The position numbers and the translations under genes are program-made. 64,000 nt of DNA from Acidobacteriota bacterium. Its GTDB lineage: Bacteria; Acidobacteriota; Terriglobia; Terriglobales; SCQP01. The stretch is taken from positions 5,753 to 69,752 of the forward strand of contig DAHVCP010000050.1 in the NCBI GenBank assembly GCA_027314025.1, read 5' to 3'. Below, one piece after another: positions 63,966-64,000 of the stretch; the stretch's first letter is position 1; each line of letters starts with the position of its first letter. Under the pieces are notes generated by a model. It saw only the letters and a program-made list of their open reading frames with translations, did no database searches and was not told the origin of the DNA.

Positions 63966-64000
63966 GCCGCCGCGGCGTCAGCTCCAGCCGTAAGCGTAGC

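Overview
This is a high-GC bacterial chromosomal window. It is probably from an Acidobacteriota-like genome, inferred from an ADOP-type duplicated FtsX permease, a ~1080-aa BNR/Asp-box protein and BshC; no database search was possible. Most of it is housekeeping: ogt, tRNA-Arg(TCT), a translationally coupled dapB-dapA-dapD operon, a ccdA-tlpA-dsbD(N) redox operon, kbl-tdh, a GH31 glucosidase, rlmN, an M16 peptidase, pyk, bshC, plsY-gpsA, transporters and envelope genes. Four accessory patches stand out. (1) A 3.3-kb three-gene cassette (39184-41993, minus strand) of lower GC than pyk by hand count. It encodes a double-domain KaiC-like ATPase preceded by two paralogous helical proteins I cannot place in any family, and it is bracketed by ~127-bp direct repeats (38963-39089 and 42363-42490). 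It sits between a GT39-like gene and an Old-Yellow-Enzyme gene. (2) An ~846-codon STAND gene (58307-60849) with a Swt1-like HEPN (RNRVMH), an NB-ARC P-loop, TPRs and a C-terminal cold-shock/OB domain. It is split by two +1 frameshifts at homopolymer runs and lies next to a Uma2 endonuclease. (3) A sortase with a single LPKTAG-tailed Thr/Ala-rich substrate. (4) A 541-aa protein with a C-terminal PD-(D/E)xK-like motif next to an archaeal-type DpsL ferritin. The intergenic space is saturated with a GC-rich ~60-250-bp dispersed repeat family (at least 9 copies), a second short family and two tandem duplications. No rRNA, CRISPR array, intact transposase or integrase was seen. All functional calls rest on motif and family recognition by eye. 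The many long antisense ORFs in the track are GC artefacts.
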